DNA of 11,248 nucleotides from an uncultured Chroococcidiopsis sp. (lineage in GTDB: Bacteria; Cyanobacteriota; Cyanobacteriia; Cyanobacteriales; Chroococcidiopsidaceae). Location: the NCBI GenBank assembly GCA_964248365.1, contig CAXTYC010000065.1:1-11248 (forward strand). Direction: 5' to 3'. Shown here one piece after another: positions 1 to 8,375 of this stretch; position 1 is the first letter of the stretch; the number at the start of each line of letters is the position of its first letter. A program made the translations under genes and the position numbers. The notes under the pieces were generated by a model that made no database searches, was not told the origin of the DNA, and worked only from the letters and a program-made list of their open reading frames with translations.

Positions 1-53
1 ATCACACTTTTCAGCTTACTACTCCCCTCCTTTTCTTATCCCGAACTCACGTT
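1..53. mobile_element. Possible terminal end of a cyanobacterial IS/MITE, truncated by the window edge
   Basis: CTTATCCCGAACTCACGTT (about 35-53) resembles a terminal motif I recall from multicopy cyanobacterial IS/MITE-like repeats. No transposase or partner end is visible in the window. Confidence 0.3.
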
Positions 54-228
54 AATTAGTGTTCCAAGTTGATTTGGAAATATTATCAATCAACTTTGTT
101 TACCCTAGACAATTTTCCGTAACTGCCAATAATTTATCTGAAGAAACATTAGATATCATTCATGCGTCTTTCGAGGATAAAACCCAACAGGCGAAGTCTT
201 GGGCAAGTTTCGCTAACGCCTGTGACAT

Positions 229-263
229 TTACCAGTTACCAGTTATCAGTTACCAGTTATCAG
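229..263. repeat. Heptamer tandem repeat (STRR-type) TTAYCAG x5
   Basis: ttaccag ttaccag ttatcag ttaccag ttatcag read directly. Confidence 0.9.
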
Positions 264-281
264 TGTAATATATATTCTTTA

Positions 282-328
282 TGTATATAAATATACAGTT
301 AATTTTTGTAAAAGATGTATATTATAAT
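282..328 (+). promoter_or_regulatory. Putative NtcA-type promoter (TGTA-N8-TACA plus -10 box)
   Basis: GTA(283-285)-TATAAATA-TAC(294-296). TAN3T hexamers start at 318 (21-nt spacer) and 320 (23-nt spacer), and TATAAT is at 323-328. The AT-rich context raises the chance of a coincidental match. Confidence 0.45.
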
Positions 329-375
329 GAGTCAAAAGATGCTTTATTGTTCAGCCTTTATAAAAGGAGAAGTAA

Positions 376-585
376 TTGAATAAGCAACAACGTTTAATCA
401 TTATCAGTCTGATAATTATGTTTTCAGTTATACCTTTTTATAAAGTAAAAAGCAGACTGGGAGTAGATATTCTACCAGGTCCTCATACACCTGATTTATT
501 AGAGCATTTGACAGGAGGATTGTTTAAGGCGAGGTGGGTTGATCGTGACTATGTTCATCTTCCCCACTTTCATCTGAAAAGTTAA
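376..585 (+). CDS. Small hypothetical protein (69 aa) with an N-terminal hydrophobic helix
   Basis: AGGAG at 365-369 lies 6 nt before TTG. Basic N-terminus plus LIIISLIIMFSVIPF hydrophobic segment, upstream -10 box, and a palindromic element just after the stop. Confidence 0.6.
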   Translation: MNKQQRLIIISLIIMFSVIPFYKVKSRLGVDILPGPHTPDLLEHLTGGLFKARWVDRDYVHLPHFHLKS

Positions 586-600
586 TCGGATCGAAAGTGG

Positions 601-667
601 GTAGGGGCGCTTTGTTTCAAATTATCTTTTTTTCCATAAATATATCTTTAAAATCCGCACAGCATAC
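601..667. repeat. Degenerate GTAG-tagged palindromic (REP-like) element
   Basis: Left arm GTAGGGGCGCTTT at 601-613. The right arm (AAATCCGCAC...) is decayed. Confidence 0.4.
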
Positions 668-780
668 ACATATATCTGCCTTAGTACTACAGTTGCGAGT
701 AGAAATAATTGGGGGTTTGCGAATTCGTCTGCCAGGTCGTGCAATAATAATCGGTCTGTGATGCGATCGCACATCCAACA

Positions 781-1812
781 ATGTTGCAACCACCCGATTC
801 TCCTGCCTCACTTGTAGCAGCCCTTGAAGAACAAATCGATTTAAATTTCCAACTGCCCGATCCCGAAGATGAACAAATTCCAGAACATGAGTTTCAACAA
901 CAGTTAGATACTGCTTGGCAGGTATGCGATCGCTTCGACTTGCAAACCGAAATCTGGCGGGGCAGAATTTTACGGGCGGTGCGCGATCGGGAGAAACAAC
1001 TTGGCGATGGGCGTGGTAGTGGCTTTGTCAATTGGCTAAAAGCACGGGAAATCACTAAAAGTCAAGCTTATTCCCTGATACAGCTTGCTAACAGTGCTGA
1101 TACGCTGATGGAACAGGGACAACTAGATCCAAATACTGTTCGATGCTTTAGTAAAAGAGCTTTTCTGGAAACGGCTAAAGCAGAACCAGAAATTCAACAA
1201 TTAGTTACGGATGCAGCCAAGAAAGGCGATCGCATCACTCGCAGAGAAGTACGTCAGCTAGCTGATGAATGGACGGCGATGTCATCCGAATTGCTACCAG
1301 AACCAGTCAAAACCAAAGCAGCTGACAATTCCCTTCCCAGCCGCTACCTTGCCCCACTGGTTAAGGAAATGGAAAAATTACCAGAATCGCACCAAAAACA
1401 GATACAGCGGGAAATTGCTGAAAACCCAAACGTAGATACAATCAAAGAGGTGACAACCGAAGCTAAATATCTAGCTAAATATCTCGATGCTGCCACCAGT
1501 GTCCAAGCTCTGAATGACGATTCTCTAGACTTGGAAAGAGCATTAGAAGAAGCTCTGAGGCTGGGATGTATAAACGTAGCAGCTGACTTAGTTAATCAAG
1601 CGTCCCTTTTAGAGCAAACCATAACTAAACTTTATACAACTTGGAAGCGAATTGGTAGTTTAGCAGATCGCTTGTATGTAGATACGGGGGCTAGCACACC
1701 GAATTTGCGATCGCTTCTGAGTTGTCTAGAACCCCTTGGCGGTGAAGTGATGGAAGTAAATATAGGTGGTAGTGACGAACACACTATTCGCTTGCAAATA
1801 AGTGAGGAGTGA
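781..1812 (+). CDS. Hypothetical protein (343 aa), helical, with a possible DUF3102-like N-terminal region
   Basis: Long uninterrupted ORF with internal HIP1 sites. Motif GFVNWLKAREITKSQAYSLIQLA, and a coiled-coil-like middle and C-terminal region. Confidence 0.85.
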   Translation: MLQPPDSPASLVAALEEQIDLNFQLPDPEDEQIPEHEFQQQLDTAWQVCDRFDLQTEIWRGRILRAVRDREKQLGDGRGSGFVNWLKAREITKSQAYSLIQLANSADTLMEQGQLDPNTVRCFSKRAFLETAKAEPEIQQLVTDAAKKGDRITRREVRQLADEWTAMSSELLPEPVKTKAADNSLPSRYLAPLVKEMEKLPESHQKQIQREIAENPNVDTIKEVTTEAKYLAKYLDAATSVQALNDDSLDLERALEEALRLGCINVAADLVNQASLLEQTITKLYTTWKRIGSLADRLYVDTGASTPNLRSLLSCLEPLGGEVMEVNIGGSDEHTIRLQISEE

Positions 1813-1847
1813 GCAATAGGGGCTTTTGCATCTTACCTCGTTGCGAA

Positions 1848-1911
1848 GTAGCGACGGGTTTATCTTTAGGATGGGTTTTCAAGTAGTATGCCGATTGAAG
1901 ATCGCCCCTAC
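1848..1911. repeat. GTAG-tagged palindromic (REP-like) element between convergent genes
   Basis: GTAGCGACGGGTTT (1848-1861) ... AAGATCGCCCCTAC (1898-1911), 64 bp in total. Confidence 0.6.
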
Positions 1912-1942
1912 TTCTCCAACAAAAATTTTTTAGATAATAATT

Positions 1943-2212
1943 TTACCTATTTGTTAATTTGCGCCAGAATCTTTTTAGCTGCTGCCATAAATAACCAAAA
2001 TTCAAATAGCGCCGATACCGTTGCGCTACTTCTTTACCCAATAGCAGTACACCAAGCCACCACAAAATTTCAGCGACAACCAGAAGCACTGGAACCAGTA
2101 TTGCTTTTTGTGCTACTGAAAGCCAGAGCAATGGCACAATCAAGGGAATTGCTGCCCAAGGTAAAAAAGATACAACAACTAAAACTAGACCCCAATATCG
2201 CTTTGTAATCAA
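1943..2212 (-). CDS. Small two-helix membrane protein resembling 'transporter suffix domain' proteins
   Basis: Two hydrophobic segments, an AEILWWLGVLLLGKE motif and a basic tail. The TTG start overlaps the permease TGA stop (TTGA), suggesting translational coupling. Confidence 0.75.
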   Translation of the reverse strand: MITKRYWGLVLVVVSFLPWAAIPLIVPLLWLSVAQKAILVPVLLVVAEILWWLGVLLLGKEVAQRYRRYLNFGYLWQQLKRFWRKLTNR

Positions 2213-3048
2213 TTCTTAATCCCAGTGCTAGCAATGCCTTGGATAAACTGGCGCTGTCCGATGAGAAATAGAAGTATAACAGGGATGGTGGCGATCGCAA
2301 CTGCTGCCATTAGCAAAGACCAATTATTTGTATATTGTTCCTGAAACTCTGCTAATGCTAGCTGCACTGTTCTTAACTGGGGTCGAGTGGTAAAGACAAG
2401 CGGCTTAAATAAATCGTTCCACTCGCCAATAAAAGTGAACAAAAACAACGTTACCAAAGCCGGACGAGATAGAGGTAGCATCACCCTAAGCAAAATTTGT
2501 AGTCGGTTTGCTCCATCTATTGCGGCTGCTTCTTCCAATTCGACTGGTATGGTTTGAAAGTACTGGCGTAAGAGAAAAATCCCAAAGCCGTTAACAGCTG
2601 TGGGCAAAATCAACGCTAGATAGGTATTAATTAAATGTCCCCAACGAAGCACCAAAAAAATTGGAATTACCAACAGCTGAAATGGAATGACCAATGTTGC
2701 TAAGACAATTAGTAGCAGTGCTTGTCGTCCTCGGAATTTTAATCTAGCCAAAGCGTAACCGGACATTGCGGAGGTGACAATCTGAAAACCAGTCACGGCT
2801 AAGGCTACCAAGGTGGAATTAGCAAAAGCTAGCAGAAAATTACCTCGTTGCCAAGCATCGCGGTAGTTTACCCACGACCAACCATTACCAGGTAAAAGTG
2901 TCCCCTGTGCGCCAGCAGGTGCAAACGATGTGAGAAAGACAATAGCCAGTGGCAGCACTACGAGGGCTGCCCCCAATAGTAGAACAATCGAGTTGAGCCA
3001 TTGCCATAACCGAGTTCTCTTGCTGTGATTCAAATCTCTCTTAGGCAT
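2209..3048 (-). CDS. Carbohydrate ABC transporter permease (MalG/UgpE family)
   Basis: About 6 TM segments, EAA loop IPVELEEAAAIDGA, and the motifs GYALARLKFRGR, FIGEWNDL and QRQFIQG. Confidence 0.93.
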   Translation of the reverse strand: MPKRDLNHSKRTRLWQWLNSIVLLLGAALVVLPLAIVFLTSFAPAGAQGTLLPGNGWSWVNYRDAWQRGNFLLAFANSTLVALAVTGFQIVTSAMSGYALARLKFRGRQALLLIVLATLVIPFQLLVIPIFLVLRWGHLINTYLALILPTAVNGFGIFLLRQYFQTIPVELEEAAAIDGANRLQILLRVMLPLSRPALVTLFLFTFIGEWNDLFKPLVFTTRPQLRTVQLALAEFQEQYTNNWSLLMAAVAIATIPVILLFLIGQRQFIQGIASTGIKN

Positions 3049-3238
3049 GAATTATAAGTTTTACCCTATGATTTTATACCTAGAGGTGATATTCTCCGAA
3101 ATGGAATACTTACCTTGGCAACAACAGATCCCATAGGGATTTGTTAAGTTTAAGTTTAGTTGTTGTCCCTTACTCTCAAGTAAAGGCATTGACAGCGCTT
3201 GTATCACCGGATCTAAGCAAACAGGAGTGAACCGACCT

Positions 3239-3934
3239 ATGCAGCAGCTTGCTGCCATCTCCGAACTGGATTTTCATAGCGACACCTACAAAGATGCCTA
3301 TAGTCGCATCAATGCGATCGTAATTGAAGGGGAACAAGAAGCCCATGAAAATTACATTCGTCTAGCCGAACTACTGCCAGAACACAAGGATGAACTAATT
3401 CGCTTATCCAAAATGGAGAGTCGCCACAAGAAAGGGTTTGAAGCCTGTGGTCGGAATCTTCAAGTCACGCCGGATATGCAATTCGCGCGCTCGTTCTTTG
3501 CCCAACTGCACCAGAATTTCCAACAAGCAGCAGCAAACAAACGGGTAGTGACTTGCTTGCTAATTCAGTCGTTAATTATTGAATGTTTTGCGATCGCAGC
3601 TTACAACATCTACATTCCCGTCGCTGATGACTTCGCTCGCAAAATCACCGAAGGCGTTGTCAAAGACGAGTACAGCCATCTTAACTTTGGTGAAATCTGG
3701 CTTAAAGACCACTTTGAAGAGTCCAAAGCTGAATTAGAACAAGCCAATCGTGAGAATCTTCCTATAGTTTGGCGGATGCTTAACTCGGTAGAGGCAGATG
3801 CTCGTACCTTGGCAATGGAAAAAGACGCTTTGGTTGAAGACTTCATGATTCAGTATGGTGAAGCCCTTGCCAATATCGGCTTTACCACCCGCGACATTAT
3901 GCGTCTATCCGCCTACGGATTGACAGGAGCATGA
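3239..3934 (+). CDS. ado: Aldehyde-deformylating oxygenase (231 aa)
   Basis: [20 protein letters not shown], di-iron ExxH motifs ESRH and EYSH, and [12 protein letters not shown]. Start placed at ATG 3239 (MQQL) downstream of AGGAG 3223-3227 rather than GTG 3227. Confidence 0.97.
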   Translation: MQQLAAISELDFHSDTYKDAYSRINAIVIEGEQEAHENYIRLAELLPEHKDELIRLSKMESRHKKGFEACGRNLQVTPDMQFARSFFAQLHQNFQQAAANKRVVTCLLIQSLIIECFAIAAYNIYIPVADDFARKITEGVVKDEYSHLNFGEIWLKDHFEESKAELEQANRENLPIVWRMLNSVEADARTLAMEKDALVEDFMIQYGEALANIGFTTRDIMRLSAYGLTGA

Positions 3935-3940
3935 ATTAAG

Positions 3941-3968
3941 GAGGGAGTAGGGAGTAGGGAGTAGGGAG
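3941..3968. repeat. Heptamer tandem repeat GGGAGTA x3.5
   Basis: gagggagtagggagtagggagtagggag immediately after the ado stop. Confidence 0.9.
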
Positions 3969-4023
3969 AGAGTGGGTTCGCAGGGAGCGGGGGGGAAATG
4001 AAGAATTAACTATTGTGTCGTGG

Positions 4024-4092
<69 letters not shown>

Positions 4093-4195
4093 TGTCCAGC
4101 GGTGATTTTATGTAGTATTTTTAAGGTTAAAGTTAATTTAATTATCATCCACCTGCTCCAACTTGACCGGAGCTATAAGTCTAATAAAGTAATTC

Positions 4196-5221
4196 ATGTT
4201 TGGTTTAATCGGTCATCTTAACAGTCTGGAACACGCGCAATCAGTAGCTAAAGAGTTGGGCTATCCTGAATATGCCGATCAAGGGCTTGATTTCTGGTGT
4301 AGCGCCCCACCGCAAATTGTCGATCATATTACTGTCACTAGCGTTACAGGGCAAAAAATTGAAGGTAGATATGTAGAATCATGCTTTCTACCAGAGATGC
4401 TTGCTACCCGCCGCATTAAGGCAGCAACCAGAAAAATAATCAACGCTATGGCTCATGCCCAAAAGCATGGCATAAATATTACAGCTTTAGGCGGATTCTC
4501 CTCGATTATTTTTGAAAATTTTAACTTACAGCAGATCAAGCAAGTGCGGAATGTGCAGCTACAGTTTGAGCAATTTACAACTGGTAACACGCACACGGCG
4601 TATATTATTTGTCGCCAGGTGGAACTTGCCTCGAAACAATTAGGAATTGAACTTTCTCAGGCAACTGTTGCTGTTTGTGGTGCAACAGGTGACATAGGTA
4701 GTGCAGTTTGTCGTTGGTTAAATGCTCAGACAGACGTGGCAGATATGTTGCTAATCGCCCGTAACCAGGAACGCTTGCAAGCTTTACAAGAGGAACTGGG
4801 TCGCGGTAAAATAATGGATTTGGAAACAGCTTTGCCCCAAGCTGATATTATAGTTTGGGTCGCCAGTATGCCAAAGGGAATCGAAATTGACCCAACTGTG
4901 TTAAAGCAACCGTGTCTGCTGATTGATGGAGGCTATCCCAAAAACTTGGCAACAAAAATTCAGCATCCAGGTGTTTATGTACTTAACGGCGGCATCGTAG
5001 AGCATTCGCTAGATATTGACTGGCAAATTATGAAAATAGTTAACTTTATGGAAGTACCAGGACGGCAACTATTTGCCTGTTTTGCCGAATCGATGCTACT
5101 GGAATTTGAAAAGTTACACACAAACTTTTCTTGGGGACGTAATCAGATTACGGTGGCAAAAATGGAGCAAATTGGTCAAGTATCCCAAAAACACGGCTTC
5201 CGCCCACTTTTGAGTTATTAG
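4196..5221 (+). CDS. aar: Long-chain acyl-ACP reductase (aldehyde-forming)
   Basis: MFGLIGHL N-terminus, [10 protein letters not shown], nucleotide-binding [11 protein letters not shown], catalytic-Cys motif FACFAE and NFSWGRN. Adjacent to ado. Confidence 0.97.
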   Translation: MFGLIGHLNSLEHAQSVAKELGYPEYADQGLDFWCSAPPQIVDHITVTSVTGQKIEGRYVESCFLPEMLATRRIKAATRKIINAMAHAQKHGINITALGGFSSIIFENFNLQQIKQVRNVQLQFEQFTTGNTHTAYIICRQVELASKQLGIELSQATVAVCGATGDIGSAVCRWLNAQTDVADMLLIARNQERLQALQEELGRGKIMDLETALPQADIIVWVASMPKGIEIDPTVLKQPCLLIDGGYPKNLATKIQHPGVYVLNGGIVEHSLDIDWQIMKIVNFMEVPGRQLFACFAESMLLEFEKLHTNFSWGRNQITVAKMEQIGQVSQKHGFRPLLSY

Positions 5222-5238
5222 CTATTAGCTGGCGCGCC

Positions 5239-5280
5239 GGTAACTGGTAACTGGTAGTTGGTAGTTGGTAATTGGTAACA
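5239..5280. repeat. Heptamer tandem repeat GGTARYT x6 (reverse complement of the 229-263 type)
   Basis: ggtaact ggtaact ggtagtt ggtagtt ggtaatt ggtaaca. Confidence 0.9.
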
Positions 5281-5358
5281 ACGCTTTGCTAACCACGCGC
5301 CTAGTAACTGGTCATTGGTAATTCTCCCACTCTCCCCTTTTCCCCCTCTCCCCTTTTC

Positions 5359-5391
5359 CCCTACTCCCTACTCCCTACTCCCTACTCCCTC
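5359..5391. repeat. Heptamer tandem repeat CCCTACT x4.5, preceded by a pyrimidine tract
   Basis: ccctact x4 plus ccctc, ending 3 nt before the accA ATG. Confidence 0.9.
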
Positions 5392-5394
5392 TTA

Positions 5395-6372
5395 ATGGCA
5401 ACTACTGAGCGCAAACCGCTACTTCTGGACTTTGAAAGACCTTTGGTAGATCTTGAGTCACGCATCACCCAGATTCGGGAACTGGCGGCAGAAAATGGTG
5501 TGGATGTTTCTGAAGAAATTCGTCAGCTGGAAGCACGGGCATTGCAACTGCGCCAGGAAATTTTCAATAGCCTTTCTCCATCTCAAAGACTACAGCTTGC
5601 TCGTCATCCTCGTCGTCCTAGTACGCTTGATTATATTCAAGCAATTAGTGATGAGTGGATGGAATTGCATGGCGATAGATCTGGCAGTGACGATCCGGCT
5701 TTAGTTGGGGGTGTAGCTAGACTAGCTGGACAACCTGTAGTCATACTGGGTAATCAAAAAGGGCGGGACACCAAAGACAATATTGCTCGGAACTTTGGCA
5801 TGGCAAGTCCAGGGGGATACCGCAAGGCAATGCGGTTGATGGAACACGCCAACCGTTTTGGAATGCCGATATTGACTTTTATTGACACGCCTGGAGCTTT
5901 ACCTACAGTAGCCGCTGAACAACAAGGTATTGGGGAGGCGATCGCCTATAATCTGCGAGAAATGTTCCGTTTGGATGTACCAATTATCTGCACTGTGATT
6001 GGTGAGGCTTTTTCTGGTGGGGCGATCGGTATTGGTGTGGGCGATCGCCTTTTGATGTTTGAACACGCTGTTTATACCGTTATTACTCCCGAAGGCTGTG
6101 CCGCCATTGTGTGGAAAGATGCCAGCAAAGCTCCTCAAGCGGCAACTGCTCTCAAAATGACTGCCTGGGATCTCAAAAATTTAGGCATTCTCGATCAATT
6201 GTTACCAGAACCAATCGGCGGCGCTCAATCTGACCCCCTGAAGGCAGCAATGACTCTCAAACAGGCTTTGTTGCAGAACTTGGAGGAGCTAACTACGTTG
6301 ACAGGTCAACAGCGCCGCCAGCTGCGATATCAAAAGTTCCGTAATCTTGGTGTTTTCACTCAATCCCATTGA
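5395..6372 (+). CDS. accA: Acetyl-CoA carboxylase carboxyltransferase alpha subunit (motif-variant)
   Basis: [45 protein letters not shown] and LRYQKFR. Usual position after aar. Confidence 0.95.
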   Translation: MATTERKPLLLDFERPLVDLESRITQIRELAAENGVDVSEEIRQLEARALQLRQEIFNSLSPSQRLQLARHPRRPSTLDYIQAISDEWMELHGDRSGSDDPALVGGVARLAGQPVVILGNQKGRDTKDNIARNFGMASPGGYRKAMRLMEHANRFGMPILTFIDTPGALPTVAAEQQGIGEAIAYNLREMFRLDVPIICTVIGEAFSGGAIGIGVGDRLLMFEHAVYTVITPEGCAAIVWKDASKAPQAATALKMTAWDLKNLGILDQLLPEPIGGAQSDPLKAAMTLKQALLQNLEELTTLTGQQRRQLRYQKFRNLGVFTQSH

Positions 6373-6397
6373 GCTTTTCTGTTACCAGTTGAGATGA

Positions 6398-6406
6398 TGG
6401 TATAAT
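6398..6406 (+). promoter_or_regulatory. Extended -10 promoter element TGnTATAAT
   Basis: TGGTATAAT 26 nt after the accA stop, with no clear -35. Confidence 0.5.
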
Positions 6407-6441
6407 CAGCAAGGATGTGAATATTTTTACTTCTCCTATTC

Positions 6442-6480
6442 AGGTGTTTGGTATTTTGCCTATAACACCTTGTTTCTGTT
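6442..6480 (+). terminator. Stem-loop with T-rich tail (possible terminator or attenuator)
   Basis: AGGTGTT (6442-6448) pairs with AACACCT (6464-6470), followed by TGTTTCTGTT. Confidence 0.4.
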
Positions 6481-6689
6481 TGTCTGCAAGCTGCACCGGA
6501 CAATTAATAAGCAGAGCAGCAAAAATATGGTAGCTAAATTTTTAATTAGGGATAAATACTTATATTACCAAGAATATACCATCTTAATAGCGAGATTATT
6601 TGATTTTTAGAGTTTATTCATCTATCAATAGAAAGAGGTTTAGACAAGTAGGAAAGCAATGAAACCAGTGCTTAAAAAAGTTGGAAATC

Positions 6690-7415
6690 ATGACTAAGGC
6701 AACACAACGACGCGCCTTAATTACAGGTGCAAGCAGTGGAATTGGTAAGGCGACGGCATTAGCATTTGCTAAAGCAGGAATTAACTTAGCCTTAGTCAGC
6801 CGCAGTGAGGAAAAATTAGCAGCAGTAGCAAGTGCAGCCCAGCAGACTGGGGTAGAAGCGAAAGTTTATCCTTTGGATCTGGCACAGATTGATCAGGTGC
6901 AAGAGAAAATGGGATCAATTGCCGCCGATTTTGGCGCGATCGATATTTTGGTTAATAATGCTGGAATGGGCTACACAGGCGCTTTAAGTGAAACGCCACT
7001 AGCGGACTGGGTTGGTGTAATGAACCTAAATCTTACCAGCGTGTTTGTGTGCATTATGGGGGTTTTACCGATGATGCGCGATCGCAACAGTGGCACAATT
7101 ATTAACGTCGCCTCCATTGCTGGTCAACAAGTCTTTCCTGGCTGGGGAGCCTACAGTGTCAGCAAAGCTGGTCTGATTGCTTTGTCTAAAACCCTGGCGG
7201 CTGAAGAACGTGCCAACGGTATTCGCGTGACTGTCATCTGTCCTGGTGCGGTCAATACAGAAATTTGGGAGACGGAAACTGTTCGAGTCAACTTTGACCG
7301 TTCTGCCATGTTAACTCCTGAAATTGTCGCCCAGTCGATTTTGCATACTGCTTTGTTACCAGAACAAGCAGTCGTTGAGGAATTGACTCTGATGCCTAGT
7401 GCTGGCGCTCTTTAA
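6690..7415 (+). CDS. Classical SDR-family oxidoreductase (probably NADP(H)-dependent)
   Basis: TGASSGIG, basic SR after beta2, NNAG, NVAS and catalytic YSVSK. ATG 6690 is preferred over TTG 6681. Confidence 0.93.
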   Translation: MTKATQRRALITGASSGIGKATALAFAKAGINLALVSRSEEKLAAVASAAQQTGVEAKVYPLDLAQIDQVQEKMGSIAADFGAIDILVNNAGMGYTGALSETPLADWVGVMNLNLTSVFVCIMGVLPMMRDRNSGTIINVASIAGQQVFPGWGAYSVSKAGLIALSKTLAAEERANGIRVTVICPGAVNTEIWETETVRVNFDRSAMLTPEIVAQSILHTALLPEQAVVEELTLMPSAGAL

Positions 7416-7419
7416 ATAT

Positions 7420-7484
7420 GTAAGGGCAGGTTTTTTGTGTAGAAGCGGGTTTAATTGACATATCTATAACAAAACAGTCCCTAC
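7420..7484. repeat. GTAG-tagged palindromic element with a duplicated left arm
   Basis: GTAAGGGCAGGTTT (7420), GTAGAAGCGGGTTT (7439) ... AAAACAGTCCCTAC (7471-7484). 7439-7467 matches 10983-11011 at 23/29 nt. Confidence 0.6.
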
Positions 7485-7539
7485 TACCAAATGCTTTCCT
7501 TGTTATTAACCTCTACAAACATTAACTAAAATCGACATC

Positions 7540-8247
7540 ATGACTATTGGTGCTTCCAACGGTTCTAATCGCTCTCAATCTCCTCTGACTCCCGAATTAG
7601 CAGAAGCTATTCAACCCAGACCAGATCGCAACACCCACAACGGTCAACAACCAAATTTGCGACCTCCCACAAAAGAAGTAGACGAGTCAATGACCGAGGC
7701 TGTACGCACTTTGCTAGTTGGAGTGGGAGAAGACCCAGAACGAGAAGGACTTCTGAAAACGCCCAAGCGAGTGGCGGAGGCGATGCGATTTCTCACGAGT
7801 GGTTACAGCCAGTCATTAGAACAACTTGTCAACGATGCCATCTTTGATGAAGGTCATAACGAGATGGTACTGGTTAGAGATATTAATCTCTTCAGCCTGT
7901 GTGAACATCATATGCTGCCATTTATGGGTAAAGCTCACGTTGCCTATATTCCAAATCAAAAAGTAGTAGGTCTAAGTAAACTTGCCCGCATTGTCGAGAT
8001 GTATTCTCGCCGCTTGCAAGTGCAGGAGAGGTTAACTCGCCAAATTGCCGAAGCAGTACAAACCATTTTAGAACCGCAGGGTGTTGCTGTCGTAATCGAA
8101 GCTAGCCATATGTGTATGGTGATGCGTGGTGTGCAAAAACCAGGTTCTTGGACTGTTACCAGTGCGATGCTGGGTGTGTTTCAGGACGAGCAAAAAACCC
8201 GCGAAGAGTTTTTTAACTTAATTCGTCATCAACCAGCGTTTTTTTAG
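7540..8247 (+). CDS. folE: GTP cyclohydrolase I
   Basis: [17 protein letters not shown], Zn-binding SLCEHH and [12 protein letters not shown] and [10 protein letters not shown]. Low-complexity N-terminal extension. Confidence 0.97.
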   Translation: MTIGASNGSNRSQSPLTPELAEAIQPRPDRNTHNGQQPNLRPPTKEVDESMTEAVRTLLVGVGEDPEREGLLKTPKRVAEAMRFLTSGYSQSLEQLVNDAIFDEGHNEMVLVRDINLFSLCEHHMLPFMGKAHVAYIPNQKVVGLSKLARIVEMYSRRLQVQERLTRQIAEAVQTILEPQGVAVVIEASHMCMVMRGVQKPGSWTVTSAMLGVFQDEQKTREEFFNLIRHQPAFF

Positions 8248-8375
8248 GGGCTAGAGGCGCTTAGGCGCTTAGGCTAGAAGCTAGAGGCTACTCGCTTTTC
8301 TCTCCTCTGCCCCTTGCGCCCCCCTGCTCCCAAAGCGCGAACCTGCCTTTTTCTAGCCCCTAGTTTCTAGCTTCT
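8245..8375. repeat. GGCTAGA-type repeats and inverted repeat between convergent folE and trpF (likely bidirectional 3' structure)
   Basis: TAGGGGCTAGA (8245-8255) is the exact reverse complement of TCTAGCCCCTA (8352-8362), with further gctagaa/gctagag units. Confidence 0.7.

Noticed and set aside
59..268. 69-aa ORF on +
   Set aside because: No clear RBS, no recognisable motif, and the C-terminus (YQLPVISYQLSV) is just the translated heptamer repeat.
617..811. 64-aa ORF on -
   Set aside because: Overlaps the start and promoter region of the 343-aa gene and runs into a repeat. No coding features.
1888..2300. ORFs 1888-2208 (+) and 2070-2300 (-)
   Set aside because: Shadow or alternative frames of the better-supported permease and small membrane protein.
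3189..3220. TTGACA as a -35 for ado
   Set aside because: No convincing -10 at 16-18 nt spacing.
3061..3258. 65-aa ORF on -
   Set aside because: Spans the divergent promoter region and overlaps the ado start. No supporting motif.
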